Shown: piece after piece, positions 8,548-17,924 of the stretch
How the letters are laid out: each line of letters begins with the position of its first letter
How positions within the stretch are numbered: position 1 is the first letter of the stretch
Assembly: GCA_938015485.1 (NCBI GenBank)
Contig: CALLVU010000128.1
Location: forward strand, 4,427 to 68,426
Length of the DNA: 64,000 bases
DNA from: an uncultured Lachnoanaerobaculum sp.
GTDB taxonomy: Bacteria > Bacillota > Clostridia > Lachnospirales > Lachnospiraceae
Direction: 5' to 3'
Translations under genes and position numbers: made by a program
Notes under the pieces: generated by a model
What the model saw: the letters and a program-made list of their open reading frames with translations, nothing else
What the model was told of the DNA's origin: nothing
Databases searched by the model: none

Positions 8548-8615
8548 TAGCCCATGCATATATGTTATTGATAAGTTAAAGTATTTTAGTTTATTAAGGT
8601 AAGTGTATGGGCTAT
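8548..8615 (+). repeat. Conserved intergenic hairpin element, copy 4 (after esaA)
   Basis: TAGCCCATGCATATATGTTATTGATAAGTT...GTGTATGGGCT. Stem AGCCCATGCA/TGTATGGGCT with one G-U pair. No clear T-run. Confidence 0.5.
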
Positions 8616-8661
8616 ATATTAACAGCAATGGATTTTATTAGTATGCATATAAAGGAGAGAT

Positions 8662-8928
8662 ATGAACAAAACGATATCAAATAATACATTAATTGTGGAC
8701 AGATTGGTAGATGATATAAGTGAAAAATCAAGTGCATTTTCATTGAATTATGTAGATCTAGGATTGGACTGTACAAATGAAGGTGTGGATGAGGAATGCA
8801 ATGATTGTTACGAGGATGCATCACATTTTACAGAAGAATACAAGATTTATATTGATAATTTAAAGTCCTATATAAAATCAATCAGTGAAGCTATGGTTGA
8901 AAAGGACAAGGGGTTTTTTGGAAAGTAG
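8662..8928 (+). CDS. Small LXG-associated helper-like protein
   Basis: 88 aa, directly upstream of the LXG gene. Paralogue of 17637..17909 (shared DLGLDCTN...SE(A/S)M.EKDKGFFG). Confidence 0.6.
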   Translation: MNKTISNNTLIVDRLVDDISEKSSAFSLNYVDLGLDCTNEGVDEECNDCYEDASHFTEEYKIYIDNLKSYIKSISEAMVEKDKGFFGK

Positions 8929-8945
8929 ACGATAGAGGAGAGAGT

Positions 8946-10490
8946 ATGGGTATACATATAAATAAAAAAAATATTATGGAAAAGTCATGGAGTATGAGAA
9001 ATAACATAAAAACAACAAAAGATCGTGCGTCTGTTATATTCAGGAGTATAGAAAACTTTAATTATACAGAAAGCATTCTTATGGGAAAGGCATGGGATGC
9101 GGCAAGAGAATACACAAATAAGGTTCAACTTCCTATACTTAGAATGTATATAGAATATTTGGAACTTGATGATGAAGCTTGTGGTAAATATGCAAGGGCA
9201 GCAAGTAAACTGCCGGGTTACGAAAAGCTGGATGAAGATGTCATAATAAACAAAAAAGAAAAATTTGAAAGATTACTTGATAGAGAATATAACAGAACTA
9301 ATCCAAGAGATACAATTATAATGTTCTATGAGAAGCGAATAGATAGATGTGAAAGACTGTTAATGTATATAGAAGATTTTTGCTGTGAAGTACATAATAT
9401 ATTTGCAGAAGTATTGTCAGTTAAGTGGCAGTTATATAGTTTACATAACAATTTAAAAATGATAAGTATTGACGAGAGAACCAATACAATGGTGGAACCT
9501 GCAGGTAATGAGAATATAAAAAGTATATTAAAGGATTTAGAAAAATATTATGCTGAAATAAAGGAAAAGGATTTGTTAAAAAGGAAAAATGAACTAAATG
9601 ATTTATATACGAATTATGGTGCAAGGGTAGTTATAGAGAATGTTCTTAATTATCCCGAAGAGAAACGTTTATATAGTGATATAGAAAAAGAAGACTATAT
9701 AATGCTTGCAAAGGCACTTATGGAAAGCCGTGGTGAAGCATATATAAGTAATGTAAAATTAACTCTGACAAATTGCTATGACTTTGAGAAGGCCCTTTCT
9801 GATTTTGAAAATGATATGCCAAAGGTTAGTTATATATACGAGAAAAATGACAAGATGGATAAAGTACGAATCGGATTAAGCAGCTTAATAGAAAGATTAA
9901 ATAAGGATACAGCCATTACAGAGATACAGAATGAAAAAGTAAGAGATGACAGACAAAATCTGATGCAACTTACACAAGCCTTTTTATCTCTATGTGCTTA
10001 TGAACATAGAATAGTAAAAGATAAAGTTGAGCTTTATGAAAGTGATGCAGATCCGGTAAAGATAAATGTAAGTCGAGACAGTAAAGATAATCTTGAAATT
10101 AATTTTAAAGAGTATGCGGAGACCGTCGAAGGTGATGCAAATTGGAGAGATTATAAGGATATAAGTTTGATAGTATCTGCTCCTAAGACAGGAGAAGATG
10201 CCGGTATAGGTGTAAGTGGAGAAGGTTGGGATTATGTAGAGCATGGATTTGAAATTGATAAAGCAAAATACTATAGTATCGGTAACAGTATTGGAAAGGC
10301 AGGTTTAACTATTTATATAGGAAATCTGGGAGTAAACTTAGGAAAGATATTTGGCGGAAAGGTAGGTACAGCACTGGGAAAATTGGGAGATGCATATACT
10401 GTTATGGGATGTGCTTCCGAAATCTCAGATATACTGAGTGAAAAAGACCAAAAAATATTTGAAAAAGGAAAAAGTACAAGTGAATTATAG
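8946..10490 (+). CDS. LXG-domain T7SS effector, copy 1 (514 codons up to an in-frame TAG)
   Basis: N-terminus MGIHINKKNI...SILMGKAWDAAREY...LPILRMYIEYLE fits the LXG domain. C-terminal Gly-zipper segment GNLGVNLGKIFGGKVGTALGKLG. Same frame as 10512..10847. Confidence 0.8.
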   Translation: MGIHINKKNIMEKSWSMRNNIKTTKDRASVIFRSIENFNYTESILMGKAWDAAREYTNKVQLPILRMYIEYLELDDEACGKYARAASKLPGYEKLDEDVIINKKEKFERLLDREYNRTNPRDTIIMFYEKRIDRCERLLMYIEDFCCEVHNIFAEVLSVKWQLYSLHNNLKMISIDERTNTMVEPAGNENIKSILKDLEKYYAEIKEKDLLKRKNELNDLYTNYGARVVIENVLNYPEEKRLYSDIEKEDYIMLAKALMESRGEAYISNVKLTLTNCYDFEKALSDFENDMPKVSYIYEKNDKMDKVRIGLSSLIERLNKDTAITEIQNEKVRDDRQNLMQLTQAFLSLCAYEHRIVKDKVELYESDADPVKINVSRDSKDNLEINFKEYAETVEGDANWRDYKDISLIVSAPKTGEDAGIGVSGEGWDYVEHGFEIDKAKYYSIGNSIGKAGLTIYIGNLGVNLGKIFGGKVGTALGKLGDAYTVMGCASEISDILSEKDQKIFEKGKSTSEL

Positions 10491-10511
10491 ATTCCTGTAA
10501 ATAAATTTAAT

Positions 10512-10847
10512 TTGGGTTATGTGTCATCGTGGATAAGAGAAAATGTTCCTAATGGTGAAAAAGATTATAATATCAATACATATATGTATACTATTTATCC
10601 AAGTTATACAGTGGATGTATATGAAGGTGTTAAGCCAACCACAAAATTGATAGACATCTGTAATAAGAATTTATCTAAGGGAGGAAGACTTGAAGAATAT
10701 GCAGTTGAACTTGGATATGATGAAAGTAACCCTATAACAGTTGATAATATATGTAGTAGACTATATGAAATAGAACAAATGAGGGTAAAGAGTTCGGATA
10801 TTAAAAATAGGATTAAAAGAACAGTAGATATTACATCAGAGGAGTAG
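10512..10847 (+). CDS. C-terminal continuation of LXG effector copy 1 (in frame after the TAG at 10488..10490)
   Basis: The frame is open from 10491. FNLGYVSS and NLSKGGRLEEYAVELGYDESNPITVDNI align with FNLFYVSS and NFSKGGYFEKYAKEMKYDESNPITEENI of the intact paralogue 17925..19799. Confidence 0.7.
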   Translation: MGYVSSWIRENVPNGEKDYNINTYMYTIYPSYTVDVYEGVKPTTKLIDICNKNLSKGGRLEEYAVELGYDESNPITVDNICSRLYEIEQMRVKSSDIKNRIKRTVDITSEE

Positions 10848-10851
10848 GTTT

Positions 10852-11334
10852 ATGCTAAGGAAATATAAGAAGATAATTTGTATAACCATAATTACTATTA
10901 TTTTATTTGTACTATATAATGTAAACAAAATAGCTTTTTTCCATGATCCGGAGTTTGAAAGATTAGTAAGAAAATCTAAAGCTAATAACATGGTTATGAC
11001 TGTAATTAAAAGGTATAAACCTATTGAAGGAATTATATGGAAGCGCAATTTAGAAAATATTGATATAGTAAGTATAGACTTTAGAGAGTATAAAATAAGA
11101 GATATAAGTGACCTGGTATATTTTAAGAATGCTAAATCAATATGGTTGGTATATTCAAGTGCATATGACGGAGATAAGAGTATATATGATGATGAGCATG
11201 TACTTGATAATTTATACAAAATAAAAGGTTTAAAATACTTGGATGACTTGCAATTATATCATTTAAAGTTAGATGATAAGGATATAGAAAATATAAAGGA
11301 GATGTTTCCGAATGCAAGAGTAGTTATTGAGTAA
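10852..11334 (+). CDS. TM-anchored mini leucine-rich-repeat protein (candidate immunity)
   Basis: 160 aa. Basic N-terminus plus TM, then IAFFHDPEFERLVRK (LRR N-cap-like) and ..IRDISDLVYFKNAKSIWL.. (LRR-like). Paralogues at 19796, 25671 and 29257. Confidence 0.6.
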   Translation: MLRKYKKIICITIITIILFVLYNVNKIAFFHDPEFERLVRKSKANNMVMTVIKRYKPIEGIIWKRNLENIDIVSIDFREYKIRDISDLVYFKNAKSIWLVYSSAYDGDKSIYDDEHVLDNLYKIKGLKYLDDLQLYHLKLDDKDIENIKEMFPNARVVIE

Positions 11335-11377
11335 ATATATAAAGACTTAGTCCGATGTCAAGATTGGGAGGTATAGA

Positions 11378-11650
11378 ATGAGAACAGACGAGCATAATTG
11401 TGATACCGGAAAGTTGCTTAGGGAAGATTATGAAGCAGCTTTTAAAGCATTTATTATTGAAAAAGAGGAACGAGAAGATATTTATAGACAGTGTAAGGAA
11501 ATAGATGAAGAACTTATAGAGTGTCTGGGGTATTGTGATGAAACCGAAACAATGGAAGAAGAATTTGCAGAGTTTAAAAAACAAAGTGATAGGGAAATTA
11601 GTAAAATGGAAGAGGAGCTAAATAATTTGAAAATGAAACTTGAATCGTAA
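11378..11650 (+). CDS. Small acidic coiled-coil protein (unknown function, effector-module member)
   Basis: 90 aa with RBS GGGAGG. Paralogue of 20489..20752 (EKEEREDIYR.C.EID..LI.CLGYC.ETE.MEEEF.EFKKQSDRE). Confidence 0.6.
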   Translation: MRTDEHNCDTGKLLREDYEAAFKAFIIEKEEREDIYRQCKEIDEELIECLGYCDETETMEEEFAEFKKQSDREISKMEEELNNLKMKLES

Positions 11651-11680
11651 AATAATCGACATAGGAGGAGACGGTAATTT

Positions 11681-12070
11681 ATGCAACTGGATTTGGATAC
11701 TAATGTTCTTAAGGTAAGGGATCAAAGTAATAAAGTGGCCCTTACGGATCAGTATCCCGATATCAATATTTTGACCAAAGAAAGTAGGGAAAAACTTGAA
11801 AATCGGGAGCTTGATAAGAATAGAAGATATGACGAGCTTATAAATAATTTGACATTTACCGTCAATGATGAACAGTTACCTAAGGAGCTTGTACAGCGAG
11901 AGATGAGAGAACTTAATATTTTCACCTCAAAGGCAGACTATTACAATTTGACATATAAAGATGAAAAAACTATAAGTCCAATATTTTCTATAATATTTTT
12001 AATATTTATGGGAAGCATTGGGCTTCTTTTTGCATTAAATCATGGAAAGAGGAAACAGCATGCACATTGA
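11681..12070 (+). CDS. essA: EssA-like small membrane protein
   Basis: 129 aa with one C-terminal TM (ISPIFSIIFLIFMGSIGLLFAL). Immediately upstream of esaB-essB-essC. Assigned by position and topology only. Confidence 0.55.
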   Translation: MQLDLDTNVLKVRDQSNKVALTDQYPDINILTKESREKLENRELDKNRRYDELINNLTFTVNDEQLPKELVQREMRELNIFTSKADYYNLTYKDEKTISPIFSIIFLIFMGSIGLLFALNHGKRKQHAH

Positions 12071-12284
12071 TTTTACACTACAAATAGATGATAAAAAAAT
12101 AGATTTAAGTATGAACAGCAAGCAGTGCATAGGTGAGGTCACGAAAGATGTCATTGGGATAAGAAAAGATTTACTCTCCGACTATTACCTCTCATGTATG
12201 CAACAAAGGATGATAAGTGCGTATAAAACATTGGAAGAGGAAAATATAAAAAACGGTGACAGATTAGTGGCGGTAAGGAGATGA
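12060..12284 (+). CDS. esaB: EsaB/YukD ubiquitin-like T7SS protein
   Basis: ATG at 12060 follows AAGAGGA. ~74 aa, MHIDFTLQIDDKKIDL...NGDRLVAV. Small beta-grasp-like protein between essA and essB. Confidence 0.7.
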   Translation: MHIDFTLQIDDKKIDLSMNSKQCIGEVTKDVIGIRKDLLSDYYLSCMQQRMISAYKTLEEENIKNGDRLVAVRR

Positions 12285-12285
12285 C

Positions 12286-13353
12286 ATGATTGAAATAAAA
12301 GTAAAAAACATTGATTTAAATATTGAAAAAGAAATCAGATTTCTTTTGGCAAATGAGAATAAACATTTATTGGATTGTGAAATAGAAGAGACGGATGATG
12401 AGTGTATATTCAAGTTTGATGATGAAGGACTATATGGGTTTGAAACAGTAGATGCACTCAGTAAAGAAGAGAAGTACAGGCTTTTGGTTAATATAGCGGA
12501 TATAGAGGAATTAAGTGAGGAATACTGCTTTTGCCTTTCACCTTCAAATATAGTATATGACATAAATCTTGTACCGAAAATTCTTATTAGAGACAAAAGA
12601 ACTAAAGAGTCTGATTTTTATATTCAATATAAAGCGATTGTTTCAAGCGTACTTTACAATAAATATACTTTTGAACAGTATATCGGTGGAAGTGCAAAGG
12701 TTCCTGAAAAGAGTTTTATAAAAAACATAGATGATACAAAAAGTTTGAAGGAAGAACTGCTGAAAAGATATTTAAAAGAGAGAGAAACAAACATTAATAC
12801 TAAGGTGCAGGTAAAGAAGTCAGAATACAAGAAATTAAAACTTTCAATACCGATTACAGCTCTTATAGCTGTGGGAATACTTGTATATGGTATTTTTGTA
12901 CAATTTGTAAGATTGCCGTATAAAGAAAATCTGATAACAGCCTATGGAAGTTATATGAGTTCAGATTATATAAAGGTTGAAGACACTCTACAGAGTATAA
13001 AAATTGAAAAGCTTCCAAAGGATGTGAAGTATATATTGGCAAGATCATATATATTTACGGAAGGTTTGACTACCGAGCAAAGAGATAATTTACTTGAGTA
13101 TACCGATATTAATATAGATACAAATATATTTGATTTTTGGATAGCACTTGGAAGATGTGAATTTGATACGGCAGAGGATATTGCAAAGAAGATAGGTAAC
13201 AATGAATTTCTGTTATTCACATATATCAAGCATAGTGCATATCTAAAAGCCGATGTAACTATAACAGGAGAAGAAAAAGAGAGTGCTATAAGTGATTTGG
13301 ATAAAAAGATAAAAGAGTTGAGTGAATCAATGGGGGTAAATAAGCAAGAATGA
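12286..13353 (+). CDS. essB: Type VII secretion protein EssB/YukC
   Basis: 355 aa. Cytoplasmic N-domain, central TM (LSIPITALIAVGILVYGIFVQFV), C-terminal ectodomain. Its stop overlaps the essC start (ATGA). Confidence 0.75.
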   Translation: MIEIKVKNIDLNIEKEIRFLLANENKHLLDCEIEETDDECIFKFDDEGLYGFETVDALSKEEKYRLLVNIADIEELSEEYCFCLSPSNIVYDINLVPKILIRDKRTKESDFYIQYKAIVSSVLYNKYTFEQYIGGSAKVPEKSFIKNIDDTKSLKEELLKRYLKERETNINTKVQVKKSEYKKLKLSIPITALIAVGILVYGIFVQFVRLPYKENLITAYGSYMSSDYIKVEDTLQSIKIEKLPKDVKYILARSYIFTEGLTTEQRDNLLEYTDINIDTNIFDFWIALGRCEFDTAEDIAKKIGNNEFLLFTYIKHSAYLKADVTITGEEKESAISDLDKKIKELSESMGVNKQE

Positions 13354-16300
13354 ATACATTGATCCTTTATAATAATAAAAAGTGTATTGAGATTTCATAT
13401 GATAAAGATGATATTGATAAAAATAAAGCTATAGAACTTGCATCTGATTATGGAATATCGGGTGGTGATATAGGATTTTGTTTGTTGAATACGAGTAAAA
13501 CTGATTATAAGTATGATCAAAAAATGTTAAAGATAGGTACAGATGAGTTTTGTGATGTTTTAATTAAAGCCGATAAAAAGATATTGGTCGTTATTTGTGA
13601 CGGAACTTTAAAAGTCATATATGGCAGTGTGTATATTAACGGAGCGATATGTGAGAATGGAGCATATGAACTTTTTGAAGGCGACAGTATTTTTATATCC
13701 GGTGTAAAAGTCGACTATTGTAAAGAGAAAATATCAATAACAGGAAATATATTGAATTCAAGTTTGAATCAGTCTTTAAATATAAATTCTTATGATAAGC
13801 TTGAGAGTGAATATAGAAGATCGCCAAGAATATATATGGATATGCAGGCGGAGTCTGTAGAGATAAAGAGACCTCCAAATAAGCCGGCCAAAGATAAGAA
13901 TGCTATATTAAAAAGGATTGCCGCACCGGCTCTAACATTAGCGATTACTGTAGGAGTAGGTATACTGTTAAAAAGAGGTATATTCATACTTATGTCGGCA
14001 GGAATGATGGTTGCTACAATAGTTGTATCTATAGTTACAGGTATACAAAGTGTTAAGGAGAGGAAAAATCAGGAAAAAGAAAGAACCGATAACTACAATA
14101 AGTATTTGTTGAATAAGCGAGGAAGTTTATACAGACTTAGAAAAAAACAGATAGAGTCGTTAAAATTTAATTATCCGGATATGAAAGCTATAGAGACACT
14201 TTGTGATAATTATTCCAACAGAATTTATGAAAGAGATTCCAATGATATAGATTTCCTCAATATATCAGTAGGTACTTCCGATATGAAGCCTTTGTTTCAA
14301 GTAAAATATGAAGAGAATATGGAAAATTCAGGTGAAGCATTGTATGAAGAAATGCTGAAACTGGGAAAAGAGTTTTCTATAATAGAAAATCTTCCATATG
14401 TTATAGATCTTAAAAAGACACATCTTGGATTGGTAGGAGAAAGAAAGTATGTATATGAGCTACAAAAGGCAATAATAAGTCAGCTTTGCTTTTTTCACAG
14501 TTATCATGATTTGGAAATTATACTTATAACAAATGAGGACGGCGGTAAAGTCTTTTCAAATTTGTTTTGGTATCCACATCTTAGACTACATGGTGTAAAT
14601 GTGAGTACACTTATATCTACAGGCAATCATGCGGAGCTTGTATTGGCAACTCTAACTACCATTTTAAAAGAGCGAAAAATGAAGTTGGAAGAAGAGAGAA
14701 AGGAACTTAGGTTTTCACCACATTTTGTATTTATATTAGATGAGCCGATATTTGTAGTGAATCACAGTATAATGGAGTATTTACAAATGAGTGGTGAAAA
14801 ACTTGGATTTTCTCTGGTATACAGTGCAGCCAAGCAGGAGAGTCTGCCTGATTATATAAAGACTGTTATTAAGGTGGATGGAAATGAATATGCGAAGATA
14901 GTGCTTAATCAAGGCTTCCTCATGAATAAGGATATAAAGCTGTATGATATAAAAGATACAGATATGGAAAAGCAAGCCAGAAGACTCTCAGGATTAAAGC
15001 ATGTCAAAGGGGTATTCAGTCAAATACCTGACAGTATCAGTTTTTTTGAAATGTTTAATATTAAGAGATTGGACGAACTTAATATAAGAAAAAGGTGGGA
15101 AGAAGCCTGTATTTATAAGTCCATGGCAACTCAAGTGGGTGTAAGAGCAAAAGATGATATAGTATATTTAAACCTGCATGAAAAGGCACACGGACCGCAC
15201 GGACTTGTAGCCGGTACTACGGGCTCCGGAAAGTCTGAGATATTACAAACAATTATATTATCACTGTCTGTAAATTTCTCACCTGAAGATATCGGATTTT
15301 TACTGATAGATTATAAAGGTGGAGGAATGGCAAATCTGTTTAGAGATTTACCTCATTTACTGGGAACAATTACAAACCTTGACGGTAGTGAGAGCATGAG
15401 AGCTTTGGCTTCTATTAAAAGTGAGCTTGGTAGAAGACAGCGAATATTCAATGAATCAGGAGTTAATAATATAAATGATTATACAAAATTGTATAAGTCA
15501 GGAAAAGTAGCTATACCATTGCCACATTTGTTGCTTATTTCAGATGAATTCGCAGAGTTGAAACATGAACAGCCTGAGTTTATGGCGGAGCTGGTTTCAA
15601 CCTCCAGAATAGGTAGAAGTTTGGGTGTACACCTTATATTGGCTACACAAAAACCGTCAGGTATTGTAGATGACCAGATTTGGAGCAACTCAAAGTTTAA
15701 GCTTGCGCTGAAAGTTCAAGATGTGGCAGACAGTAAAGAAGTGATAAAGACTCCAGATGCCGCACAGATAACCAATCCCGGTCGTGCATACCTACAAGTC
15801 GGTAATAATGAGGTTTATGAGCTTTTTCAATCTGCTTTCAGCGGTGCATATTTTGATGAAGAGACGGAAGGGGAAGGATTTGACAGAAGAGTTTACAGAA
15901 TAAACAATCTGGGGCAAAGAGAACTTATAAGTGAAGATAATAATACTCCGGACAATAAGGCAAATACCACACAACTTGCGGCAGTGGTTGAATATATAAG
16001 AGATGTTTATAATGAAGGTGAATATGTATCTGTAGATAAAACATGGTTACCGTCATTACCTGAAGTTATAGTAAATAAGCATATAGATAAAGAAGTATTG
16101 AAGACTGTGGATGATAAGCTTGATATTATGGCGGAAACAGGTATTGTGGATATACCGCAAAACCAGAGTCAGATAGAATTTATCCATGATTTTTTAACAG
16201 ACGGAAATATCGTTATATTCGGTTCACAAGGTGTAGGAAAGTCTGTTTTCCTAACTAATATAGCCATGACATTAGCCTTTAAAAACAGAACGGAGATTCT

Positions 16301-17615
16301 GCATTATTATATCTTGGACTTTGGTAATTCAAGTCTTATACAATTAAAAGAGTTGCCACAGACGGCAGATTATATAAGTTTTGAAGATGAGGAAAAGCTG
16401 ACAAAGCTTGTAAGGATTCTTGAAGAAGAAATAAAGCTTAGAAAAAGGCTTTTTGCAAAGATGAATGCAATAAGTTTTTCAAATTATAATGAAAAAGCCA
16501 AAGAAAAATTGCCGGCAGTAATTATCTTTATTGATAATTATGATGTAGTGAAAGAACTAAGTATAGATTTGGAAGGATTTATAAATAAGCTTAGCAGAGA
16601 CGGTGCAGGAATCGGAATATATATGGCGGTATCTGCTACCAGACAGGGAGCAATAAGATATTCGATTCTAAATAATTTCAAAAATAAGATTGCAGGCTAT
16701 CTGTTTGATAAGACGGATGTCCTCGGAATAGTCGGAAGAAGCAAATATCAGTTACCTGAGATAAAGGGAAGAGCACTTATAAAGCTTGACGATGTAAATA
16801 TAATGCAATGTTACACTCCGGTAGAGCTTGAAAATTATACTGAAAATATAGAAGCACTTATAGAAGAGCTTAACATGGCAAATCTCGGTAAAAAACCTGA
16901 CGGCATAAGGGTAATGCCGGAGATTGTAACTTTTGATATGGTATTGTCAGGCAGCGCAGATAAGCCAGGTATAGGACTTGATACAGATGAGATAGAAGTG
17001 CAATGTCTTGAATTATGTGGCAATATCCACATGGTAGTAGGTAAGGAAGGCACGGGAAAGACCAATGTACTTAAATTGATTTTGGAACAGCTAAAAGAAG
17101 CCGAGGTATACATTTGTGACAGCGTCGGAAGTGAACTTGGCAGAGAGTATAAGGACATGGCCAAGTTTTACTTCAATAATGAAGCTGATTCAGGTGCATT
17201 TTATAAGCTTCTTGAGGATGAGGTGAATCGAAGGGTAAGTGAGTATGAAAGAGTAAAAAATGATAAGAGTTTGAGAGAGTATTGTATGGAACTTACACAG
17301 GTAGTCATAGTGATAGACGATATAGAAAGATTTATCAATCTGTGTAAAGATATAAGGACAGACTTTGAAAAACTCATTCCAAAGCTGTTAGACTACGGTA
17401 TTTCCATAGTTGAAGCTGTGACTCCGAATGAACTTCGTGGCTTTGATGATCTTACAAAGAAGTTGAAGGATATCAATTCGGGTGTAGTACTTGGAATACC
17501 TGATGAACAGTCATTTATCCGTATGCCGGTAATCAGAAATTATAAGTTTGTACCGGGAACCGGATTTGTATTCAAAGGTGGAGATATTAAAAAGGTAAAA
17601 ATACCTTTAATTTAA
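13350..17615 (+). CDS. essC: Type VII secretion ATPase EssC (FtsK/SpoIIIE family)
   Basis: 1421 aa. N-terminal FHA-like region, two TMs near residue 200, three P-loop domains (GTTGSGKSE with LISDEF; GSQGVGKS; GKEGTGKT). Confidence 0.95.
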   Translation: MNTLILYNNKKCIEISYDKDDIDKNKAIELASDYGISGGDIGFCLLNTSKTDYKYDQKMLKIGTDEFCDVLIKADKKILVVICDGTLKVIYGSVYINGAICENGAYELFEGDSIFISGVKVDYCKEKISITGNILNSSLNQSLNINSYDKLESEYRRSPRIYMDMQAESVEIKRPPNKPAKDKNAILKRIAAPALTLAITVGVGILLKRGIFILMSAGMMVATIVVSIVTGIQSVKERKNQEKERTDNYNKYLLNKRGSLYRLRKKQIESLKFNYPDMKAIETLCDNYSNRIYERDSNDIDFLNISVGTSDMKPLFQVKYEENMENSGEALYEEMLKLGKEFSIIENLPYVIDLKKTHLGLVGERKYVYELQKAIISQLCFFHSYHDLEIILITNEDGGKVFSNLFWYPHLRLHGVNVSTLISTGNHAELVLATLTTILKERKMKLEEERKELRFSPHFVFILDEPIFVVNHSIMEYLQMSGEKLGFSLVYSAAKQESLPDYIKTVIKVDGNEYAKIVLNQGFLMNKDIKLYDIKDTDMEKQARRLSGLKHVKGVFSQIPDSISFFEMFNIKRLDELNIRKRWEEACIYKSMATQVGVRAKDDIVYLNLHEKAHGPHGLVAGTTGSGKSEILQTIILSLSVNFSPEDIGFLLIDYKGGGMANLFRDLPHLLGTITNLDGSESMRALASIKSELGRRQRIFNESGVNNINDYTKLYKSGKVAIPLPHLLLISDEFAELKHEQPEFMAELVSTSRIGRSLGVHLILATQKPSGIVDDQIWSNSKFKLALKVQDVADSKEVIKTPDAAQITNPGRAYLQVGNNEVYELFQSAFSGAYFDEETEGEGFDRRVYRINNLGQRELISEDNNTPDNKANTTQLAAVVEYIRDVYNEGEYVSVDKTWLPSLPEVIVNKHIDKEVLKTVDDKLDIMAETGIVDIPQNQSQIEFIHDFLTDGNIVIFGSQGVGKSVFLTNIAMTLAFKNRTEILHYYILDFGNSSLIQLKELPQTADYISFEDEEKLTKLVRILEEEIKLRKRLFAKMNAISFSNYNEKAKEKLPAVIIFIDNYDVVKELSIDLEGFINKLSRDGAGIGIYMAVSATRQGAIRYSILNNFKNKIAGYLFDKTDVLGIVGRSKYQLPEIKGRALIKLDDVNIMQCYTPVELENYTENIEALIEELNMANLGKKPDGIRVMPEIVTFDMVLSGSADKPGIGLDTDEIEVQCLELCGNIHMVVGKEGTGKTNVLKLILEQLKEAEVYICDSVGSELGREYKDMAKFYFNNEADSGAFYKLLEDEVNRRVSEYERVKNDKSLREYCMELTQVVIVIDDIERFINLCKDIRTDFEKLIPKLLDYGISIVEAVTPNELRGFDDLTKKLKDINSGVVLGIPDEQSFIRMPVIRNYKFVPGTGFVFKGGDIKKVKIPLI

Positions 17616-17636
17616 AATTTATGGAAGGAGAAATAT

Positions 17637-17909
17637 ATGAAGGGAACAATATCTAATAATGCAGCGGTAGCAGACAATATGAGGCTTGATATTTTAAAGA
17701 ACAGTGACAGTTTTTCGCGCGAGAGAGGTGATATAGGGCTTGATTGTACAAATGCAGATGTTCAGTCAGATTGTATGGAGTGCTTAGAATTTTCAGTCGG
17801 CTTTACAGAGGAATGTAAGCCCTATATAGAAAATTTTACAGAATGTATAAAAGGAATAAGTGAGTCAATGCAAGAAAAAGATAAGGGATTTTTTGGATTT
17901 TTAAAATAA
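17637..17909 (+). CDS. Small LXG-associated helper-like protein (paralogue of 8662..8928)
   Basis: 90 aa, directly upstream of LXG copy 2. Shared motifs as for 8662..8928. Confidence 0.6.
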   Translation: MKGTISNNAAVADNMRLDILKNSDSFSRERGDIGLDCTNADVQSDCMECLEFSVGFTEECKPYIENFTECIKGISESMQEKDKGFFGFLK

Positions 17910-17924
17910 TGCGAGGTAAGGAAT

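Noticed and set aside
1358-8615. Whether the repeated hairpin elements could be a CRISPR array or MITE termini.
   Set aside because: There are only four copies with irregular kb-scale spacing, no cas genes, and no terminal inverted repeats or target-site duplications. They behave as gene-end hairpins instead.
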